Shown here: one piece after another, positions 34,797-49,400 of the stretch
Layout: the number at the start of each line of letters is the position of its first letter
How positions within the stretch are numbered: the first letter of the stretch is position 1
Assembly (NCBI RefSeq): GCF_009914755.1
Contig: NC_060930.1
Strand: one strand, 5' to 3'
DNA length: 64,000 bases
Source of the DNA: the human T2T-CHM13v2.0 reference genome, Homo sapiens
Notes under the pieces: generated by a model
Database searches by the model: none
Seen by the model: only the letters and a program-made list of their open reading frames with translations
What the model was told of the DNA's origin: nothing
Position numbers and translations under genes: made by a program

Positions 34797-35155
34797 TGAT
34801 ATGGTTTGGCTCTGTCCCCATCCAAATCTCATCTTGAATTGTAACTCCCATAATTCCCATGTGTTGTGAAAGGGACCTGGTGGGAGATCATTCAATCATG
34901 GGGGCAGTTTCCTCCCTACTGTTCTCGTGATAGTGAATAAGTCTCACGAGATCTGATGGTTTGATAAGTGGTTTCCCGTTTTGCTTGGCTCTCATTCTCT
35001 TCTCTTGTCTGCTGCCATGTGAGACATGCCTTTCACCTTCCACCATTGTGAGGCCTCCCCAGCCACATGGAACTGAATTCATTATACCTCTTTCTTTTGA
35101 AAATTGCCCAGTCTCCAGTATATCTTTATTAGCAGTGTAGAAACGGACTAATACA
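34797..35155 (+). mobile_element. THE1 (THE1C-like) MaLR solo LTR
   Basis: tgatatggtttggctctgtcccc..ggactaataca; perfect 5-bp TSD ggggc. Confidence 0.9.
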
Positions 35156-35495
35156 GGGGCTATTGGTAAATAAGTGACAAGTTGAAAGGAAACCAGAAGG
35201 GATAGTGCATTAAGTACCTTAGGGGTATACACCACCAGGCCCAAAGGAAAGAGCAGAGACAGCAATTACTAGAATCCAGAAGGGAACAATTAGAATTTAA
35301 TTACAACTCAAATGTAAAGAGTTCACTTTCAATTAAAAGATGCAGCTAGCTTCAGGCAAACCCACAGGGAGAAAGCCAAAAGAATAAACACCTATAGCTC
35401 ACTCTCCTTTTCTCTGATCTTCTGACAGGGCTCCCTATTGGGTCACACCAACCTAACGTTAGCACAGGAGCTATTGTGATCCATGCATGTCCACA
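35156..35495 (-). mobile_element. Old ERVL LTR remnant (LTR41/LTR33-like) hosting the THE1
   Basis: gaataaacacctatagctcactctccttttctctgatcttctgacagggctccctattgg. Confidence 0.4.
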
Positions 35496-35649
35496 ACTTA
35501 GACTCAAGATGAAGTAAGTTGGGTAGAGTTGAAAATTTCTGGAGCAGTGATATTATTTGAGCTGGAACATGTTGGATTGCTTGGAAGTTAAATATTAAAG
35601 AACATGGGAGGTTGATGAGGGTAAATGTACATGTTAAGTTAAATTTGTA

Positions 35650-36174
35650 TTTGTTATGTGAGTGGATACCCAGCATCTCTTTAATGTTATTCCTGTCTTG
35701 GGGGGAAATTCTGCAAACTGAGTCCTGTCTGGCTAAGGAAGAAGCCACAAACTTGCTTTCTTATGTTCCCTTACAATTAAGGCATAGTCAGGCAAAATAA
35801 CCATGGCTAGACAGATGATCCCATGATAGACATAAAATTTTATATAAATGAAAAATAGTAGTGCCTTGTAGAAATAATTTTCAGTCAAAGGTTCTTGGCA
35901 AAAGCATCTGGATTTCAGGGATAGCAGAAGCAGAGTGTGTGGCATTGTGTGTTCAGCACTGGCAGTGTGATCTGCTGGATTTGTTTCCATGGTGGAAGTG
36001 GTGGGGTCCTCAGCAGAGTAGTTGCATGTTACCATTTGACATTGCTTCTTGTTGTGTAGCCTCCTAGCCAGACTTTTGGGACCTGTTGGAGATTCCAAAT
36101 CATTTTCTCTTCTTAAACTACTTACCGTGGTACAATATAAATTGTTGTTTATGATTAAAACTCAGACAGATACA
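35650..36174 (+). mobile_element. LTR33-like ERVL LTR
   Basis: Ends ttttctcttcttaaactac..ttgtttatgattaaaactcagacagataca. Confidence 0.5.
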
Positions 36175-36432
36175 CTATGACATTCTTTAAGCAGCTGTTT
36201 GAAAACAACTCAAATGTCTACTGATGAACAGTTCACCAAATTACGGTAGGCTTATACCCTGAAATATTATAGAGTGCTTAAGAATTACGTTTGCATTTTA
36301 AAACATTTAACTGATGTTACACTGTGAGATAATATCTGTATTAACAAGATAAAAGGAATAAAATCATTAAAAAATTGTATTTTCATGTGTATATATATAT
36401 TTCCTAAAAGAACTAGTTAATTTAAAAGTTAA

Positions 36433-36733
<301 letters not shown>

Positions 36734-36778
36734 AGTATTTATTATTAATTGAGTAATTTTAAATACTTTTTCTTATTT

Positions 36779-36988
36779 TTTTTACACTTTTCTTTTAAGT
36801 TCAGAGGTATAAGTGCAGGTTTGTTACATAGGTAAACTTGTGCCGTGAGAGTTTTTAGTACAGATTATTTTATCAGCCAGGTATGAAGCCTAGTACCTAT
36901 TAGTTATTTTTCGTGATCGTTTTCTCCTCCCACCTTCTACCCTTCAAAAGGCCCCAGTGTGTGTTGTTCCCCTCTATATGTCCATGTG
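36779..36988 (-). mobile_element. Short 5'-truncated L1PA13-like 3' end
   Basis: gtgcaggtttgttacataggtaaacttgtg..tacagattattt..; TSD ttcttattt (36770-36778, 36989-36997). Confidence 0.8.
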
Positions 36989-37083
36989 TTCTTATTTATT
37001 CTTATTGTTTGCATTTTATTTTATAATGAGCAATTTCAAAAATTGCTTCTACATTTTTAAACTAGGAATGAGACAAAGAGGAC

Positions 37084-37564
37084 TGTGGTGGTTAGTTTTC
37101 ATGTGTCAACTAGCCTGGGACACAGAGTACCCAGACATTTGGTCAAACATTTTGGGTGAGTCTGTTAAGTGTTTCTGGATGAGATGAACATTTGAATTGG
37201 TAGACTGGGTAAAACAGATTGCCCTTCCTAATTGGTGGGCCTCATACAATCCCTTGAAGACCTAAATAGAATAGAAAGGCCCAGTAAAAGAGAATTTCTG
37301 TTGCCTGACTGCTTTGAGCTGGGACATTGGTTTTATTGGGTCTCAGATTCTAAGTAAAAGATCGGGGTTTTTTGGGTCTCAAGCCTCCCAACTTTCAGAC
37401 TAGAACTTACACTATCAGTTTTCCAAGTTCTCAGGCCTGTAGACTAGCACTGGAACTATATCAGTGGTCTCCCTGGTCTCCAGCTTGCTTCCTACAGATC
37501 TTGGGACTTCTTAGCCTCCATAATCACATAAGCCAATTCCTTAATAGATCAATCTTTCTTTCTT

Positions 37565-37612
<48 letters not shown>

Positions 37613-37646
37613 ATTGGTTCTGTTTCTCTGGAGAACTCTAATACCA
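37084..37646 (+). mobile_element. MLT2B-like ERVL solo LTR with internal (CA)n at 37568-37609
   Basis: tgtggtggttagttttcatgtgtcaact..cctattggttctgtttctctggagaactctaatac; TSD aggac/aagac. Confidence 0.85.
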
Positions 37647-38223
37647 AAGACCCTTTTATTTCCAGACAATAAAATTAAATTAGAACAATAATTACAAGTC
37701 AACGAGCTAACAATAATTCAAAGCATTTTTATTTATTAGATCCTCTGTTTTCTAGTTTTGATTTTTCTTTCCCATGTATCTAAAATGTTTGAATGATGCA
37801 GCCTGAACTAGTGGTTGCAGACAGTCAACAGTAGGCACTGAGTCTAATACATGCAATTATGCACCAGGAAATGTACCAGATATAATCATTGATGTAATCA
37901 CAGAAACATCCAACAGCACAGTTTACAACAGTTCTCTTTATTCACTTTTAAGTGTATTGATTTTGGATTTAAGATCTAAACTGAGAAAAAAAATTGCAGC
38001 ACTTGCGTGAAATGGGTTTATTTTCAGTCTTTTTGTGAGAGGATGACAATGCATTTTGTATTTTTAAAAATACACATAATACAGAAATAATGCAAAAATC
38101 ATACAACAACACTCATTATTGGCCACTTTTAAGATCTGTGGTCTCTAATATATTTTGAACTTTCTGATTAAAATTGAGAGATTTACTTACTTAAGGTAAA
38201 ATTTAAAAAAATATGTAGTCTCA

Positions 38224-38547
<324 letters not shown>

Positions 38548-38846
38548 CTAGCTTCCATATTGCCACACAGGATTCATTGGTGAATTTCAGTTGAAAGAGA
38601 GTAATGTGGAAAGAGGTTGCTTGCCTTCCATCCTGGTGAAGATTCTGGAGTTTCATTTAGTTCTGAGAGACAGAAGGGTATGAGGTTTCACAGTAGACCT
38701 TTGTTCCTGTGTTGGGGGTGCCAGGAATATATTCACAAGTGAAATTGCTTGGTAGAGTATTTTGGCTCTTGTTTCTGGCTGAGTAGCCTACAAGCTTATT
38801 CTCTGACCTGGCCACAGAAGGTGCTATGGTTCACTTACCCTATTTA

Positions 38847-39389
38847 ACACACACACACACACACACACACACATATGTGTATATATACATATACATATAT
38901 ATACACATATATGTGTATATACATATGCATATTTCCGTATACATATATACATATGCGTATATACATATACATATATACATATACGTATATACATATGCGT
39001 ATATACATATACATATATACATATGCGTATATACATATACATATATACATATGCGTATATACATATACATATATACATATGCGTATATACATATACATAT
39101 ATACATATGCGTATATACATATACATATATACACATATGTGTATATACATATACATATATACACATATGTGTATATACATATATATACACGTGTATATAC
39201 ATATACACATATATACATGTGTATATATACACATACATATATACATATGCATATATACATATACTTATATACATATGCATATATACATATACATATATAC
39301 ATATATGTGTGTGTATATATGTGTATATATGTGTGTATATATGTGTGTATATATGTGTATATATGTGTGTATATATATACATATATATA
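38847..39389. repeat. Compound alternating purine-pyrimidine tract: (CA)n, a 28-bp minisatellite, and a TG/TA-rich end
   Basis: Unit atgcgtatatacatatacatatatacat starts at 38995, 39023, 39051, 39079 and 39107. Confidence 0.95.
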
Positions 39390-39409
39390 AGCTCAAATGT
39401 GTTGTATTA

Positions 39410-40720
39410 ATTAAACAAAATATGTTCAATATATCTGCATTGAAGTTTACAAAACATTGCTGAGATAGACAATGCCCATTGATTAGATAACGGAATATTG
39501 TTAAGATGCTAACTCTTCATAAACTGATCTATATTTTTAATGCAATTTTGATCAAAATCTCTGAGGATGTTATTAATGGAAACGTTAAAATGATTTTAAG
39601 ATTCGTATGGAAAACTCAAGAATCACTGAAATTGTCTTAAAATAAAAGAACAACTTTGAAGGTTTTATACTACCTTACCTCAAACCTTAATATGGAGCTA
39701 CAGTTATCAATATAGTATGACATCAACATAAAAATAATTCAGTTGAAGCAATGAAACAAAAGAGAGTGTGTAACAATAGATTCATGTTTTTATGATTGAT
39801 TAATTTCCCATGTAAACATCAAAACAATGCAAAGAGAAAAGTTTTTAAATTATTGGTGTTAGAACCAGATAACCAAATTTAAATCAATGAACTTCAATCC
39901 CTATCTCATATTATACAAAAATAATAATTTTTAAATGTCATAGTCCAAAATATAATAGCTAAAAATATAAGCCTAGAAGTAACTGTGGAAAAATATCATC
40001 TCAACCACGTTCATACATAATTTCTCAGGACACAAAAATAACCATAAAAAGGTAAAATAATATATTAGACTTTAACAATATCAATGACTTCTAACTGAAA
40101 GACAAAATTAAGAGAGTGAAAAAGAAAGACATATACATAGAAAATATTCACAATGTGTGTACCTAACAAATTTTTTGTCTCCAGACTGTATAAAGCACTC
40201 CTCCTACTCAACAACAAATAGACAAACACTCCAATGAAAGATCAGTGCAAAACCTGCCACATATAATATATAAAGGAAGCTTTATAAATGACCAATAAAC
40301 ATGTAAATACAGTGTTTGACATTATTGATTATCAGGGAAATAAATATTCAAACCACATAGAAATACCAGTATACATTCACTATAATGGCCAAAAATACCA
40401 AATTAATGAAGCAAAAAAACCCTGCAACAACCAAATGTTGGCAAAGATAAGGACTTGGGAAACAAAAATAACTCTCAAATCGATCTAAAATACAGAAAAG
40501 GAAAAACAAAAGAGCAAAAAACAGATGGACAAATAAAAACAAAGAGTAAGATGGTAGACCCCATAATATCAGTAATTACATTAAATTTAAAAGAACTAAA
40601 TAGGCCAAGATTGTGAAACTAACAACAAGATTTCAATTATATGCTATACATTTAAAAACGATTTGAATGTTAAACTACGAAAAACATATGCTATGCAAAC
40701 ATTAATAGAAATTCCTTGAA
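39410..40720 (+). mobile_element. Ancient L1MC/ME ORF2 fragments
   Basis: aatattgttaagatg..aaactgatctata..aatgcaat; aaagacaaaattaagagagtgaaaaag; caaatgttggcaaagat. Confidence 0.7.
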
Positions 40721-41544
40721 TCAATAAGAAAGAGGCCTATATTTTAAAATAAATACAGGGAATAATGAGTTTATATCATCTACCATGAAAAGCATTTAAA
40801 ATAGTTTTAGTATCCAGTTTATATAATTGGTTAATATCAAGAGCTTTAAACACTAATTTTTCCCTGTATTAGGTAATAGAAAATAAGAAGCCTGACTTAT
40901 TATATTAAAAGTAGAAAATCTTAATGCTTAACTATATTAAATCCTCAGTTCAAATGAGTTTATTTATTCTACAAACTAGATATATACCCTTAGGGACCTG
41001 GAAGGATCTAGACAGAAAATATTAAGTAAGATTTATTAATATTGTGAAAGTTTTTAATCTTTATTTTCTATCTTTCATTAGGCTTGAATATGCATTTTTT
41101 AGAATATTTTTGATTTTGATCTATACAATATAGATCCACTCTGTAGTATTTACCTTGCACTCTTGATACTCAGTATAGAATGCACATTTTTCCTTTCTTC
41201 TGAGTTTTCATACTTATGAACACATCAGTTTTTCCATAAAATGGTCAGAGCTATAGTGATGAGGGTACGCATTTTATAATTCTATGGAACAAACCCTATA
41301 GGAGAAAAAAAATAAGTAAATATACAGTTCGTGATATACAGGCTATATTTATCTAGAAGGAATTTTCTTTTGGGAATTATTAACTTAGGAGGAGATATTT
41401 CAAATTATTATACAAACCAAGTGTATTAATTCATTAAAATATTCTCAAATTTAAAACAATTACAAGGAAGGAAAGGAGGAGATCATACAATGGTTATGAC
41501 AGATTTGTTTGTTTGCCTGTTACAGGAATCAATCAAAAAATCTT

Positions 41545-41775
41545 TAGTACAATGAAGTGGTTACAGCTCCGGCATTGAAACCAGGCTGCTATACAGCAAA
41601 TTGTGCTAGATAAGTCATCTTAAGCAAATCATTTAGTGTAACTGTATCCATTGCTAGCCAGTAAAACATGACAATAACAGCATCTACCTCAGACTTTTCA
41701 TGTGAAGATTAAACAATCAACATAGGTCAAAGCTTTAGAACAGTTGCTGACAAAGTAAATGCAAAAATAATTTTT
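41545..41775 (+). mobile_element. MIR
   Basis: cttaagcaaatcattta..gtaaaacatgacaataacagcatctacctc..tgtgaagattaaa..gctttagaacagt. Confidence 0.7.
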
Positions 41776-42444
41776 ATTTTCTTTTAGTAACCAAAAAAGA
41801 ATGATTATTTTTGTATATTTTAAAATAGAAAAGGAAAAATATACACTTAGAGAGCCCGACATTTTCTAAAACATTTTAGCTCCTTATATCAAATTACAAA
41901 TAAAGATTAAATACATTTCTATATTTAATAGCACATTAAATATTTTTACATAAAAGTAAAATAAAGTAATAATATCAGAGAACATAGTGTTTAAATAGCT
42001 AAATGACAATGGCCTCATCCAATGAAAATACACAAAGTTCCAAAACCACCATAAATGTAATAGCATAAACACCAGAGCATAATTTTATTTTTACTTTATG
42101 AATTAATTTTATTATACGAATAGTAATTTTATGATAATCTTTACCAAGTTTACTCAGACACAACGAAAATGTATTTGGTAAAACAAAGACAAATAACACT
42201 TTTTTACAGAGTATTTTTATGCGGATTTATAAATGAGCAAAATGTAATAGTTTTATCGCATATATAAAATAAAAAAATATATATAAAGAAGATAATCACT
42301 CTAGGCATGGATATTGATGAAAAATTTTAAGATTTTTTTTTTTTTTAACTACAGGCAACATGCGATTTCCACTCTTCCTCCCCAAATTCATTATCGCAAG
42401 CTTCGAAGAGTTGAAGCATGGCAAAGATTAATCAGTAACATTTA

Positions 42445-43375
42445 AAGGGAGGTGGATTTCAGTTTAAGACAAGACAGAACAATACTAAATGGCAACAGAT
42501 ACTTTGCTGTCTGTGGGCCGGTTCAGTTTATTGACTTTGCTGCACGAAAGATTTTGAGAGCAAGTCCAAAGTAAGAGTAGGTGAAGAAGTTTATTGCAAA
42601 GTGAAGGTACCCTCTGAGAAGCAGATCGGGCTGCTCAAAGCTAGAGACAACAGCTAGTGCCTCAAAGGGAATTCCCTTTATGGGAGCTGTTCATACATAT
42701 TCATAAACACTGAAGTCAAGTATGTAAAGGTGGATCCGCAGTTGGCGCATGCATTCAGCATCTACATGCTCTAACACTTATCACATGTATAATTAGCATC
42801 TAACATCACCTAGGGGTGTGTTTTGAATTATTAAAATGGGGACAAGGTTATTATAAGCTAAATCTTGAACCTAGCTGTGTATGCATGACTTGGAGAAGTC
42901 TCTAGCCACTTTCTCTCCAGGCAGGAATTCATACCACCACACCTCCCACAGGAATTTGTAGTTAGTAGTGTCTTAGGATTTTGGTGCTGATTAGCTGGAG
43001 GTTGGGGAAGCTACATCAGGAATAAGGAACGTTTGTTCTCTTCCCCTGGCCGTTTAGGGTAGCTGGAACTTGTAACTCTCTGAGAGTCTGCTGGTATCCT
43101 GTAGGACTGCTTACCTTACAAAATAGTGAGGTGCTGAGACACTAGGGTGCAAACGATGCAGAACCTACTGGGCTTCACACAAGGGGAGAAGTCAGTATCA
43201 CCTCATAACCTTACTTATCCTGCCTCATTTTCAGGGGTTACTTTACCATCTTTGTAATTGTTCAATTCAAGATAGTAAGATCACTTATCAGAAAGTTTTA
43301 GGGAATTTCATATACTTAGACCAGAGTAGAATTTAGCTAGATACCACCAATATCCTTTGAAAGAGTCTATTCTAT
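42445..43375 (+). mobile_element. L3/CR1 3' end split by the LTR at 42505-43227
   Basis: ggaggtggatttcagtttaagacaag on the left; gttcaattcaagatagtaagatcacttatcag..gctagatacc on the right. Confidence 0.45.
42505..43227 (-). mobile_element. ERV1 solo LTR (LTR9/MER51-group-like; family uncertain)
   Basis: Minus strand starts tgaggcaggataagtaagg; polyA signal (tttatt on plus) at ~42590; about 720 bp. Confidence 0.7.
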
Positions 43376-43527
43376 AAATTTGATGGAATATTTTACAAAA
43401 TCACATTGTCATCACAGCAACAGTGGTCATACCTGATCATTGGGAATATGCCTTACCATGTTTTACATCAAATATAATGTCTTAATTTTTTTTATTGCAA
43501 ATTGGATAAAATAAATTGCATAGATAC

Positions 43528-43891
43528 TGTATTAGTCCATTTTCACACTGCTGATAAAGACATACTTGAGACAGGGTAATTTATAAAGGAAAGAAGTTTA
43601 ATTGACTCACAGTTCCACATGGCTGGGGAGGCCTCACAATCATGGTGAAAGACAAAGGAGGAGCAAAGTCACATCTTATATGGTGGCAGACAAAGAGAGC
43701 TGGTACAGGGAAACCCCCAACTGTAAAACCGTCAGATCTTGTGAGAATTATTCACTACCATGAGAACAGTATGAGGAAAACTGCCCCATGATTCAATTAT
43801 CTCCCACCAGGTCCCTCCTATTAACACGTGGGAATTATGGGAGCTACTATTCCAGACAAGATTTGGGTGGGGACAAAGCCAAACCATATCA
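43528..43891 (-). mobile_element. THE1 (THE1B-like) solo LTR
   Basis: tgtattagtccattttcacactgctgataaagacatac..gccaaaccatatca. Confidence 0.9.
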
Positions 43892-44229
43892 AGTACCTAT
43901 ATAGGCACTTACAAAAAAAAGTTAATGAAGTTTTACTTGTATATTTATCTATGCCACAAGGCTCAGCCAAGTACATTGTATATAATACTTACCAAAATGC
44001 CATAATAACAAATTTACTACTATTTATCATTATTTTCAACTTTCTATACCCAAATGAATACTAAAGTAGACAAGAGTTTCTCTTCATCACTTGCTTTCAT
44101 TGTTGTTTTGTTTGGCTTTTTGTTTTTCTCTTATCTGCTCTCCCCTGCTCTGCTTTTCTCTGGTGCTCCACCCCAACATTTGATGCCCTATTTCATTGCG
44201 GTTGAACATGTCAAGTGAGAAATATAACA

Positions 44230-44465
44230 GATACAAGATTACTATGAAGTTTTAGGCAACTAAAACTAATCTATGGTAAAAACTGTAAGTAGAGTGGTCA
44301 ATTTGTGATGACAATGAGACTGAGGGAGAAAGGGTTTGAGGAACATTTCTGGGATAATAGAAATGTTTATAAGGGTTTCAGTCACATGGGTATATGCATT
44401 TGCAAGAATTCATTGAACTGTACACTAAAGATGAGCATTTTGTCAATTATAACTCAATAAAAAAT
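44230..44465 (+). mobile_element. L1ME-like 3' end
   Basis: aaaactaatctatggt..tgaggaacatttctgggataatagaaatgtt..ttcattgaactgtacactaaaga..ctcaataaaaaa. Confidence 0.7.
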
Positions 44466-45100
44466 GAACTAAAAATGGTTTTTAAATACACAAAAATTAG
44501 GTGCTAATTTAATTATGGTATATGAGAAAAATACTAATATTCTTATTCATCAACATAAATTAAAGAAAGATAATGGCATCAAGTTTAAGAAGCAATAGCA
44601 ACAAAATAAAATCTAGGTAAGATTGAATAAATTTATAGTTCTCATGTAAAATTTTATGATACTGTTATGACATATTGCAAAGAGGATATTATAATCATTA
44701 AGCTTTAATATACGGAATAGTTTAGCTTACCAAATACAAAGCAGAAATTGTAGACAATGAATTATTTTGAAAAAAACTGCTATATTCAATCTAAACTGAA
44801 AAAATAAGTTCATTTAGTCATTTATTATTTTTCCAGATGTAAAGCTGTCATTGAATTAAACAAATTTCCCAATAATAGCCTTACTTTGTGTACTATGAAA
44901 ATTCTGTAGGTCAAAAAGAGAGACTCCCATTTTTTTAAGTAAGAAATCAAAATAGCTTTTTCATGCTTTATATATAAAGGACATTCGAAAGTTACAAGTG
45001 AAAATACAACTCCACATTTAAGGATAAATCTTCCATGCCTTTGCTCATTTTCAAGAGAATTTGAAGCTGACAGTCTTACTTTGAAGCCCTTTATAGTTTT

Positions 45101-46406
45101 AGATTGTCTTCCACGGTTTTTATAGTTTTAGGTTTACACTTAACTCTTTAATATATCTTAAGTTAATTTTTGTATATGATGTAAGGAAGGGTTCCAGTTT
45201 TAACCTTCTGCATATGGCTAGCCAGTTATCCCTGCACTATTTATTAAATAGGTAGTCCTTTTCCCATTGCTTGCTTTTGTCATGTTTGTTGAAAATCACC
45301 CTTATTTCTCAGTTCTCTATTCTGTTCCTTTGATCAATGTGTCTGTTTTTGTACCAGTACTATGCTGTGTTTGTTACTGTAGCCCTGCACTGTAGTTTGA
45401 AGTCGCATAGCGTGATGCCTCCAGCTTTATTCTTTTTGCTTAGGATTTCCTTGGCTATTCGGGATCTTTTATGGTTTCATATAAGTTTTAAAATAGATTT
45501 CCTAGTTCGAGGAAAAATGTCAATGGTAGTTTAATAAAAATAACATTGAATCTATAAATTGCTTTGGGAAATATAGCCATTTTTATGATACTGATATTCC
45601 TATCCATGAGCGTGGAATGTTTTCCTATTTGTTTGTATCATCTCTGATTTCCTTGAGCAGAGTTTTATAGTTCTCCTTAGTGAGATCTTTCACCTTCCTA
45701 GTTAGCTGTATTCTTAGGTATTTCATTCCATTTTGGGAATTGTGAATAGGACTGCATTCTTAATTTGGCTCTCAGCTTGACTGTTGTTGGTGTATAGGAA
45801 TGTTAGTGATTTTTTGCACATTGATTTTGTATACTGAGGCCTTGCTGCAATTATTTATCAGGTTAAGAAGTTTTTGGGCTGATACCATGGGGCCTTCTAC
45901 ATATAGGATCATGTCATCTGCAAACAGGGCCAGTTTGTCTTCCTGTTTTCCTGTTTGAATATGCTTTATTTCTTTCTCTTGCCTGATTGACCAGGCCAGG
46001 ACTTCCAATACTATGTTGAATAGGAGTGGTGAGAGAGGGCATCCTTGTCTTAAGGTGGTTTTCAAGGGCAGTGCTTCCAGCTTTTGCCCATTTAGTATGA
46101 TGTTGGCTGTGGGCTTGTCATAGATGGCTCTTATTATTTTGAGAAATTTTCCTTTAATTCCTAATTTATTGATAGTTTTTAACATGAATGGGTGTGAAAT
46201 TTTATCAAAAGAGTTTTTAAGATGAAGGGGTTATTCAATTTTGAAAGCCTTATCTGCGTCTATTGAGATAATCACGTGGTTTTTGTCTTTAGTTCTGTTT
46301 ATGTGATGGATTACATTTATTGATTTGCATATATTTAACCAACCTTGCATCTCAGAGATAATGCCTACTTAATCACGGTATGTAAGCTTTTTGATGTGCT
46401 GCTGGC
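45101..46406 (-). mobile_element. Internal ORF2 (RT region) fragment of an older L1P
   Basis: ORF 45772-46185 contains [28 protein letters not shown]; no 3'UTR or polyA. Confidence 0.9.
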
Positions 46407-47029
46407 TTATATTTTAAGAAGTTAAAATATACATTAAAAATTTGGGGGGAAAACTAACAATGAAAATAGTAGAAAAAATTTAGTATTCAGAACCAATAAT
46501 GGATGTAAAGTTTCACTTAATCAAAATGATTATGTTCTAGAGATCTGCTGTACATGATTGTGCCCATCATTTACAAGGCTGTATTATACACTTAAAAATT
46601 TGTCAAGAAGCTCTGATGTTAAGGGTTCTTACCACAAAAAAAGTTGGGAGGCACCTTTAGGTCTACTAAATTGTGGATATAAGAAGGTATCACTTGTAAA
46701 TGAGGAAGTAGATTTATATTGTCCGAGACATACTGTTAAATAAGAAAACCAATGTGCAGATCTGCATACAAAATATGCCTTTATTTTTACTAAAAACAAC
46801 TTATAGAAGGATATATTTAGACACACAGATGCATACACACACACACAAAATGTTGCATCCATATTCAGACAGATTTTTAAAAGGATAATGCTATAGTAAA
46901 ATTTGTTTTTGTTCTGGGTGGTAGATTTAACAGAGACTTCCTACTTTCTATCTCTTAAGTGTATATAATGTAGTACTCCTTCAATAAACAATGGAAAAAC
47001 AAATGAACAAAAAAAACCTACTGTAACAA

Positions 47030-47860
47030 AACAAGACTACAGATAACCAAACAGGAAATCAGGCAAAATACATAGGCATTTCACATAAGAGACCACAAGA
47101 CTGCAAATAATCCAAAAATTTCTTAGCCTAATTTTTAACCAAAAATATGTGAATGATAATCAAAATAGAATATCATCTCACATACTCAAAAATAATTAAG
47201 ATCAGCAAAAATCTTAATTAATTAATTGACAAAAACTAAAAATGATGATAAAATGTCTTGACAAGAATGTAGATTCCAGTTGTGGGAATTGGCACAATAC
47301 TGAGGAATTCAATTTAATGATGCCTGTTTATATGGAAGATGTAGTTACCTTTTGACCAGACAAGTCCATCTTTAGGATACATATTAGGTAAACTCTTGTA
47401 TATTTATAAATAGTGAAATACTTAAAAAAGAATATTTATTACTGCAATTTTTACCATAGTATACAAATGAAAACAAATTAAATATCCATGAATAATGGCA
47501 AACAAAATCATGTTTTATTCATCCATAGAAGTGTGAAAGAAAAGGGTTTAGGGCCTCAAAAATCAAATGAATGAGTCTCACAAACATATTGCTAATAGAA
47601 AATGGAGGTCACATAAATCTGCACACTGTATGATAACATGTTTATAATGCTTAAAAATAAAAACTGCAGGAAATCATCTTCTAAAGACAAGGAAATTAGA
47701 AATACTACATATAACATCTCTTTTATCACTGTGATGGAATTGAGGAAAAATCCCAGATTCCCTCAATCATATTGGTGGATTTATAAATATTAATTTTATT
47801 ATTTTTATGCATATTTACATATAGGTTACATGTGTATCAAACAATGCCTGATTAAAAGTT
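47030..47860 (+). mobile_element. L1ME-like 3' region
   Basis: ggcatttcacataaga..cttttgaccagacaagtccatctttagg..aatgagtctcacaaacatattg. Confidence 0.55.
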
Positions 47861-48399
47861 AAAATACTTTTTCTACCTTATTCATAATGTATTTCATTAC
47901 TAATATAAAGTAGGATGACATATGCTACTATTTTAAGTTTTTCTAGGAAAACTATTTGAAGTACTTGATTCTTGGTACAAGATTACAAAAGTAAACCATG
48001 CTGACCCAAGACTAGCTTTACTAATACAGGGGGAAACTATAGTATTTAATTCACAAAAAGACTAATAAAAGTTTTATTTTAGGCAAAATGATTCAATTGA
48101 AAATAATAACATTAAATAGATAATCAAGTTACATTCAGAAAAATACCAGAACAAAAGGAAATGTTATACTAATTAAATATGTATATTTTTCTGTAAATCA
48201 GTTACTCTGGATAACTGTCAAGTATCCTAAATCTGGGGAGAATATGGCAAGATCCTGGATGAGGCTCATGTATCTGTTTTAGGCACCTCAGATGTGGGAG
48301 GTGCCCTACAATAAATACCTCCAAAAAGAGCAGGCACCAGAGAATGGTGATTGGTGAGGCTAGCAGGCAGAGGAAAAGCTGCAGGTTTCAGTGTGAAGA

Positions 48400-49400
48400 T
48401 GTTGAGTTGAGGTCCCTTCCTTATATCCAAGGGGCCATATCTAATGTTTGAAATATTCCATTCTGAAATTTAGGGCAGCTGGAATATAAAGTTAAATTTT
48501 GGAGGAGGTATAAAACATGAACATTGAAGCCATGGAAGTCAGAAGACAGTCCAGGGAAAGTTTGTAGTATTAGGAGAGATGGGCATTTGGGAGAGAAATT
48601 TAAAGAATACAAGTGAAAGTTTGGAAAAGGAAATAGAGTTTAAAAAAATGTTTCTGCAAGAGTGGCCGAAGATACAAGAGGAAATGTAGGGGTAAGTGTG
48701 TGTGTGCGTGTGCGCACATGTATTCTTACCCTGAAGCAAAAAAAAAAAAAAAATTAGAATATTAAACATGGCCAGTGTAGCAACCTGTGACATGCTGCAA
48801 AGTGGAGAGAGGTGTTGACAGGTGACCGGATGGTATGGCTGCAGGGGACGGTGGATGAGGTAGTGTTAAATAGAGAAGGATAGAATTTTCTTTTTTACAC
48901 TTGAACAAATTGAGTATCTTTAATTACCATGGAGAAGTTTAGAAGAGAGGATATAAATAAAGATGAGAGTATGAGGTTAAAGAAATCCTGGGCAGACAGA
49001 ATTGCATAGGAATCAGGGCACAAATGAAAAAAAAAATAGGTTGCAGGAGAAACATTTGCCCATTTATATTTTCCTTTTCTGTTTTTTTCTTTAGTTCTTG
49101 TTTTCTTTTAATTCTTTTATCTTTTAGAGAAAGTTGATCCAGTTCCAATCTAGTGAATTTTATTTTCTCTATTGAAGTAAGAGAAAGGTTATCTGAGAGT
49201 GAGAGGATTAGATGGCATTTAATAGGATTGGAGAAGAATGAAATAGCTAGTGCGGAGAATAGAAAATGGACCTCAATAGGGGACTTAAAAGGATTTTCAG
49301 ATGGTGGTTAAATTTGGTTTGATACCATGGTCTCCAAAATATAATGAGAAGAGTCAGACAGCAAGCTTATACCGTGAACATATATGAACACTGAGTATTG
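48400..49400 (-). mobile_element. Highly diverged L2 fragments
   Basis: ttgaagccatggaagtcagaaga; ttttattttctctattgaagtaagagaaaggttatctgagagtgag. Confidence 0.4.

Noticed and set aside
38824-39463. Six overlapping 142-194 aa ORFs and a 28-bp periodicity resembling a CRISPR array
   Set aside because: Alternating RY repeats lack stop codons. The units are contiguous with no unique spacers and there are no cas genes in this mammalian DNA.
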